A stretch of 54,929 nt of DNA, counting the filler, from Catajapyx aquilonaris (lineage: Eukaryota): assembly GCA_000934665.2 (NCBI GenBank). It is 4 parts of 4 records of this genome, joined end to end, with 100 filler letters (N's around TTAATTAATTAA, not from the genome) between each part and the next. Parts side by side here need not be neighbours in the genome. Positions count along the whole stretch, not along the records: positions 41,290 to 54,929 come from JYFJ02008027.1; 3 more parts are not named here. One strand, written 5' to 3'. The notes below the pieces were generated by a model. The model worked only from the letters and a program-made list of their open reading frames with translations, was not told where the DNA came from and searched no databases. Below, piece by piece: positions 47,440 through 54,929 of the stretch. The first letter of the stretch is position 1, and every line of letters starts with the position of its first letter. The position numbers and the translations under genes were made by a program.

Positions 47440-49149
47440 AATATGTTTACATGAAGTGTGACTAGGATGTCAGTGTTGGAAAATTAGGGCCAGGAGGTGT
47501 GTGTATGAAATAATATTTTGTAATGTTTTAGTGAGTTTGGAAATAGACTTGAGTTATACCTGCTGGACTGGTAAGTTACTGGCTTTTGATAAATGACGTA
47601 TAGTATATGACATGTATGTTCAATCTGAAATTCGGAAAAATAATTTTGCAGGAAATGACTTATTGCCTTATTATTCAAGACATATTATCCATGTTGTCAT
47701 GTGTAACTCATACAGCCACCAAATAGGCTCCTTTTCTCAGCTAGTTGTAGATCATAAGGTTAGAACCCCTACATGTGAGAGAGTAGGATCAGTTCAAAGT
47801 TTAAGCATTTGAAAATTACATGTGTTACTTTGTATCCCTATCAGCAGAATCACAGGTTATGAGATGGTGATAAGCTAACTTCTTGGGTAACATAGATTGG
47901 GTAAGAAAGATAATGTCCATGGTGAAGGCTGTGAGAATTGCCTTGTTAGGATGAGATTTTATCTCAGGCATTCATGCTTGCCAAAATAGTGGATTAAAAG
48001 GATAAATCCTTGATTGTCAATTTAATTTCAGTGATGCAATCCTTTCTGAGGCAACACAAGCATGAAGTGAATGCTGTTCCTTTCAAGATTCAAGCCACAT
48101 ATGAAAATCAGTGGACAAGGATAAAATTTGTAGGGGAACACATTAGGGATTTCACCAATGGCCAACCAAGGCTTTATTATAATTACATAGTCATGAGTAT
48201 GCATATTTTGCTTCTGGCCTGTGATTCTGTTGCCCTCTCCACATTAAAAAAAAATTCAATGGCATTTAGAGTGAATATATCTAATAATTTTCAAGGGAAG
48301 GAGAAAATCATAAAAATTGCCTCATTTTTACCAGTTGACTGGCTCCCCTGGGATATGCTATCCTCATTTTATACTGGTAGGCTTCTGTTTGCAGAGTAAT
48401 ATGGTATAATTCTGACTTACGGAATCTTGTGACCAAGTACACTTGGATGGTGGAGTTATGGTTATGAGTGATGAGTCTGGTAGCAGTGACAGTACCAACA
48501 TTATAACTCCAGCACTAAAACATCACAAAAGGTATGGCACTAGTTTCCCCTTTAGCTCCTGCCATAAAGAAATAGATTGTGTATGAAAATTATAGATTTT
48601 TTTTTTTTGTCAAGATATGACTAACGTTAGTGAGGAACTGAGTGGGTTTGCTGTTATTCCCAGAGATAGAGGGACCTCATGGTATAAGTTCTCTAACTAT
48701 CCACTTGATTAACCTTTAGCTTGACCTGAAAATGCATTGTTTTCAGAGCATTACGGGGCTTGGCAGCAGATGGAAACTAAACCAAAAGCAGGAAAATAGA
48801 TGGAACTTTAAAATAAAAAAATGGAATTGAAACTTGAACAAGAATTTTCAGTTTTAGCACAAGGGATACTTTTTAAAATAGTTCAAATTAATAATTAAAA
48901 TTTAATAGGGGTTTCAGCTGCACTTTAAATCACTTCACAGCTAGCAATTGTGCTTGGACTATCGTTACAAAAATAGGTACCAGTATCTGTAGGGTTGCTG
49001 ACTGTGTATAATAGGAGGTGGGGGGAGGGGGCTTAGGAGAGGATAGTCGATAGTGGTTTGTGTTATTTTGTTATTTTATCAAGGTCATGCACATGTAGGA
49101 GCAATGGAATAAGGGTATCCTTGTTGTATTAATGCTGTCCACTGGCTAG

Positions 49150-50042
49150 TACGAGGCACGTCCAGAAAGTAAGTACCATTTTTTATTAGAAAAACCGCAA
49201 TGCACCCTCAGAATATTTATTTACACATCTGAAATTGACAACTGCCTACTTTTTTTCAAATTAGTTTCCAGCCAAATAAAGGCATTTTTCATTGAGTTAC
49301 ACGCGATTTTGTATGCCTATGTCATAGAAGTCTGCCGCCAGCTATTTCCGCGACCCCTGAACGCTGGATTTTAATTCTTCATCATCAACCTTCTGTTTTG
49401 CAAGCCATTTCTCCCTGTCCATGGACAAGTGGTAATCGCTAGGCTCTAAATCCCAGGTGATCAAAAAATTCTCAGTTGAATTGTTACGGCAGGGTTCCAG
49501 TAAGCAAAGCAGTACGCAGGGGGGCATTGTCGTGCAATAAAACACCCCGAAACTCAATATACCGATACATTTCTTGTGAATTGCCAGCCGTAACTTCTGT
49601 AACGCCTGACATTAAACCTTTGGGTTGAAGCTGTGGGCAGCATCTTGAGTTTCGGGGTGTTTTCTTGCGCAACAATGCCCCCCCCTGCGTACTGCCTTTC
49701 ATACTGGAACCCTGCCGCAACAATTCAAGTGAGAATGTTTTGATCACCTGGGATTTAGAGCCTAGAGATTGCCACTTGTCCATGGACAGGGAGAAATGGC
49801 TTGCAAAGCGGAAAGTTGACGATGATGAGTTGCAATCCAGTGTTCAGGGGCAGCGGCAGACTTCTATGACATAGGCATACAAAATATTGTTCGACTCAAT
49901 GAAAAATTCCCCAATTTGGCTGGAAACTATTTTGAGAAAAAGTAGGCAGTTGTCTATTTCAGATGTGCATATAAAAATTCCGGGGGTGCATTGTGGTTTT
50001 TCTAATTAATAAACGGAACTTACTTTCTGGACGTGCCTCGTA
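49150..50042. mobile_element. Foldback mariner derivative: two transposase 3' ends fused back to back
   Basis: TA|CGAGGCACGTCCAGAAAGTAAGT ... ACTTACTTTCTGGACGTGCCTCG|TA. Both arms of about 400 bp encode decayed mariner C-terminus (LLHDNA, DLEPSDYHL, AADFYDIGIQ, AGNYFEK) pointing outward. Confidence 0.9.
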
Positions 50043-50467
50043 ATTTGACCAAAAGGCTATGTGAAACTTGGAGACTGATCCAACAGCACAAGCGCTAATT
50101 GCAGCCAGTAGTTACTGATACTGCTAATGATTGTAACTGGCCAAATCTGTTGGTGCAGTCGTTGAGCAAATAAAAAATTATTGATTTTGATTGTAGAAGA
50201 AACAGGATAACGCTGAAGTGTGTGAAAGGAAACACATGGGAAGCCCACGTGTGTAACTCAGAGGGGCCTTGGCTGACCTATGTGTGGCACTGATCACTAT
50301 CGACTTGGAATGAGTCACCTATCACAAATATGAGACATGCGAATGAGGAGAGCATGGAGAATTGTAATACTGGGAAACAGAGATGTGACCACTGAAAACC
50401 TTGAGATCACTAGGGGACAAGGATGATGGAATGAGGCAGTAACAGCTTACTTGCTTATTCCTTTCAG

Positions 50468-50673
50468 AGGACAAACTTGCACTTCACTGCACGTGCAGGA
50501 TTTGTGGAAAGGTGATGCGAAAGTGTAGCCTCAACAGGCACGTCCTAGACAAGCATCGTCCTCAGCAGTCAGTCAATTGTTCTATTTGTGGCAAGGCCTT
50601 CAGGACCACTAACAGTCTCAGCAACCACAAGTCACTTTATCATCGGAAGCCATTGCTGGCTGTTTCTGACTAG
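50468..50673 (+). CDS. Alternative terminal exon, two C2H2 fingers of Broad/Abrupt/Tramtrack type
   Basis: TTATTCCTTTCAG| phase 1: EDKLALHCTCRICGKVMRKCSLNRHVLDKHRPQQSVNCSICGKAFRTTNSLSNHKSLYHRKPLLAVSD*. NSLxNHKSxYHR is characteristic of Broad-family fingers. It is not in the ORF track. Confidence 0.88.
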
Positions 50674-51152
50674 TTGTTTCTTTTTCTAATGGAGAAGTTG
50701 TGGAACCGGGCTGCATTTTAGTGATAATCAGTGACAGGGCAACAAATACCCCCCATGATGCACATGGAAAGTGATTCTTTTTTGCCAATTTTTTTTGTGT
50801 ATTTCTACAGCAGTCCTGTAGCAAATGTCATGTTCTAGGCAGGTCTATTCATTTATCAGCCATTGTAGCCCTGGTGTAACACCAGTGCAAGCACTGTATT
50901 AGTTGTATGCTCAGAATCAAGCATGCAAGGGCTGTGTAAGGCTGTTAACAGCAGCCTTACATCATTACACTACACTGACGTCACTGTGCGAGTCTTACAC
51001 TGAACTGGAAAATAAACAAATAGACCTGATGTGAAAAGGCAAATCAAACTCAATATGGAATGAAATGAAATAATTTTTCCAAGTTATGGGGTATCCAGTG
51101 GAAATTTGCCTATTACAAAACCAGAAGTCAAACAAAAAATATTAAGCTTTAT

Positions 51153-51693
51153 TACAGGTTGAGAATCCTTTATCCGAAGTTCCAAAATCCAAAAGTTTTG
51201 AGTGGTGACAGGAAGCGGCAAAATTGTCAATTATTTCTGAGTGGCCCATAACTAGCATAATAATTCTCTGTATCTGTGTATGCTAAATTATTAAAGACTA
51301 GTTGTGGCACCCGGCGTTGCCCGGGAAGAAATGAATTAAGGGATAACAGCTACCTGAAGCCCTGTAAAAAATTTCACGCACAGATGAGAGCCGCCATGCC
51401 ACTTTTACGAAGGCCGGGTCGGAAGGACGGGAGAGGTTGGAGGTGTTGGAGTAGGACCACAGATGGCATTGGTGGGTGGACAGACAGACAGAATCACATC
51501 AGTCTTTATTGATATAGATTATTATTATTATAAGACTACCTCCAGGGCTAATGTATAACCCTCAGAAATGTACATGGATATCGTGTTCAGGAATTCATCC
51601 CATTTGAAAGTTTTCTCATTTTAACCATGCAAATATACAAATATTCCAAAATCTGAAACACTTCTGGTCCGGATAAAGGATTCTCAACCTGCA
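51153..51693. mobile_element. Tigger4/Zombi-like (pogo family) MITE
   Basis: TA|CAGGTTGAGAATCCTTTATCCG ... CGGATAAAGGATTCTCAACCTG|CA, with subterminal AATATTCCAAAATCTGAAACACTTCTGGTCC. Confidence 0.8.
51298..51518 (-). mobile_element. Short non-autonomous Helitron nested in the Tigger-like MITE
   Basis: The minus strand reads A|TCTATATCAATAAAG..(CTGT)n..CCCGGGCAACGCCGGG hairpin..CTAG|T: 5' TC, 3' hairpin and CTRR, inserted between A and T with no TSD. Confidence 0.85.
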
Positions 51694-54600
51694 TTTTGAT
51701 TAAATGTTATTTAAAGCAGCATACAATGTGTGCAGTGGTTAATTTGAAACCTTGAATTGCTCCTTTCTGCGGTATGTAGTACTAATATCTGATATTCGTA
51801 TTTTCCTATTTTCTGGCCATACCCCTGCATTCATGGGCATAGATAATTGAGAGTATAGTGCATTTTGGAAGACCTCTAGACAAACAACAAATTTATCTGA
51901 ACTTGGCTCAATAATTCCTTCACACGGGAGCACGAACACAACACTGTGTAGTGCATTATGGAATCTGTAATGCTTGCATTTGTGATTGTGCAAATTTGTA
52001 TTGTGTATGATAATGATGGACCCAGATTGTTTGCCATACAATGCTGAATGTATGCCATACCAAGCTCTTGGCCGTACATAATGGGTTGTTGATTGTCTCA
52101 AGTGTAGCATGTGTCCTGATATGTTTGAAGGAGTTTTTTTGTTCTCTCTTACTTATAATTGTTTCGTTCGAAAAGTAATTGAATCATAATTATTTTTTTT
52201 CTCACTTTGTGAATAAGGTGGTGCCATATTTTTTTTTTATTTGGCATTTGTCGTTTTGTGAAAGCTACTATAGTTTGGCAGGAACTGCAAAGGAGAATGA
52301 AGGAAAGTGAGTGTATAAGAGTTATGAGTCTTTGTCATTTCAGGGAAATTCCTATCCTATTATATGCCTTACTTCCATAAATAACACATTGTGAGGGTGA
52401 TGATGATCCTAGACAGAATAATTATGTAGTCTCATAATCATGAAAAAGAGGCTGTGAGAATTGACTTGTACTGAACAAAGCAAATTTAACCAAGCCATTT
52501 AGGTTGGGTTGCGCACTCAATGATATACCAGAACAAAAATAATGAATCCAATATGAATGACATAGATCAGAGGTTCCCAAACTTAGTAAAAACCTTAGTA
52601 AAAATGATGTATAAGGAACGTGTGAGCAGGTCGATTGTACATTGACTTCAAGTCTACCTGCATTGATTTTGTAATGATTTGAATCTATGATAGGTGCATG
52701 TGTTGACTGTTGTATTATTGGGCTTGAAGTAATGTCATTGTTCAGTTCGCATGTGCCCTGCTATTGAAAGCATGTGGTTAATTTTCATATGGATGATCAT
52801 TCAACTTACGTCATTAGACATGACATCCTTTTACACTTAAAACCCACCTTTTGCATTCAGCAGATGTTGAAGAGTATGAGAGTTTGCCTATCTATGTCTC
52901 AGTACACTGTGTTGGCAGGTCTTTGGATGAAGCTGTGTGCTTGGAAGGACAGTTCCAAAGCATGTGACATGTTTGACTAGATGCTTTGGGTCTTGGGATG
53001 CATGGCTCATGGCATACCTCTGGCATGCTGAATCCACTAAACACTAGTGGCAAAACAGCTATAAGCTGCACAGACAGGGGGTGGGGCAATACCGTATAAT
53101 TAGCATGATCTTAGAACGATCATAGCTCAATAACTCATACAAATTTCTTCAAACAAAAAACACAAAAATTTATTTTAAGAGAATGACGATTTTTTTACAT
53201 AAGTTTGCGAAATGTAGACTAGGCATCTGCATATTTCAATTTATTAACCACAGTGCAAATTAGATTTTTCGTGTATTGGAAAATTTTAAATGGTCATCTA
53301 AACTCTAAAGAGGACCTGTATTTTTTGTTTTAAAGACATTCATGAAAGTGCAATTAAATATTCTTAAAGTAAATGTACTGGAAAGAATTGAAATTGTTGT
53401 GCTGTAAAACACATAGCTGAGTAAGTTAGAAAACTTATGGAAAGAGAAGAAAATTTTTGGCTTGTTATGCAACAGATAGGTGAAACAATAATTGAATTAC
53501 TCTATGTGTGACGAGGTATATTTGATTTTTGCTCATTTCAATTTCGGAATACATCGAGGTAGTGATCTTCATTTTGTTTGATGACAGTTCTCGACACATC
53601 TAGTTCTGGAGACTGTTCAACCTGACCTATGAACTATTGTGATACTTGTTACATGCCTGTAAAATGTAGAAATATACCCACCTTGGTCCAAAATGTGCAC
53701 GACTGTGTGGTGCTTAATATACGTCCAATCTTCATTGTTACATTAAAAACAAACTTAGGGTGGGGTGGGGTGGGGAAGCACCAAACTCAGTTAAACAAAT
53801 CTGGCTGAATTTTGCTTATCATTAAATGTTGATTAGTTTTTACCATAAATTAAGAACAAGTTAAGTCCAGCTGTATTAGATTCACTGACTGTGAGTGTGT
53901 GTGTGCAGCTGCACACCTTGTTGTTTAATGAGGAAGGTTGCAAATTCAATACATTGTTGAGAATTGGATGCATGCTACAAAAATGCAAAGTCAAACTCAT
54001 AAGTTTGAACTACAAGTGGTATTTGCAAGATTTTAATGAATGAATGTGTCTGTAAAATGTTGGCACAGTTAACTAAGTACTTAGAGTGAAGTCTTTGGAA
54101 AAGTCTCAAAGTCACGTTCGATGGATGCTGCTGTTACATGCACAGTACTTCACAGAAGGGTGTATCACCATATTTTCCATGGAACTTATGTTGCTGGCAC
54201 CAGTGGTGAAATGCTTGGTTATTGTTGCATGTTGTACAGCTGTGCAGTATGTCAGTGAATAGAACGAAATGAATACTTGAAAAAGGATCCCTGCCAAGAT
54301 CACTTTTTTTCCTTTGCAACTTTTGTGATTTTTAGTGGAGTTTGTTCATGTTATTATGTAACATGAAGAAGTGAAACTCAGTTTTGCCATCTATTTGGTA
54401 CTGCAAAAATTTGCATTTCAACTTCAGTTTTGCCATTTTTTCCACTTTCATATGATAGGAGACACAAGGAATGCTGAGTAATTTTTATATTGATTTATCA
54501 AGCAGTGTAGATTGTGCTGATTTTTGGAGATGCCAATTGTTCATTTAAAACTGGAAGTGATGATTTGTTTGATGTGTTCAAAATTATGTGCTATTGTTAC

Positions 54601-54929
54601 CCCATTTGAATCTGTGTACCAAGTGTTATGAAATTGTTTACTACATGGTAATTCCACGGGAACAGAGACATGGTCCAAAACTGAAGTCTTGTATTGTGGG
54701 GTGGGAGATGCAAGGGGGTAATAACTCCCCAAAAAAAGGGTACACCAGATCCTGGAACCAGGGTTCCAAGCTGGTTCCAACGGGACCCTGTACACAGGTA
54801 CCAGGAAGTTGCTAACACCTTGGGAAGGTGGCTTATTGAACGCAGGTCGTTATGTCAGATGAATTAGGTGTAGACTTTCTGTTACCAGATAGCAGCAGAC
54901 CCATGGAATCGTCGAGATATTTTAGTGGA

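Overview
This is eukaryotic (arthropod, probably insect) genomic DNA, not one continuous locus. It is four contigs of about 13.65 kb (1-13667, 13768-27416, 27517-41189, 41290-54929) joined by artificial 100-bp spacers (44 N + TTAATTAATTAA + 44 N). Contig 1 holds a tandemly duplicated bestrophin pseudogene, a 1.9-kb foldback element and an intronless, divergent cytohesin (Sec7-PH) gene. Contig 2 holds three exons of the chromatin remodeller INO80, with introns packed with nested palindromic DNA-transposon derivatives and SINEs. Contig 3 holds the 3' end of a DxD (GT32-like) glycosyltransferase and four spliced c-type lysozyme genes with different catalytic states. Contig 4 holds a phase-1 linker exon followed by an array of phase-1 terminal exons, the layout of BTB-ZF loci such as lola, broad and mod(mdg4). 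Three of these exons encode C2H2 fingers and one encodes a piggyBac transposase cysteine-rich domain, the most novel-looking signal in the window. All calls come from manual reading and translation; no database search was run.
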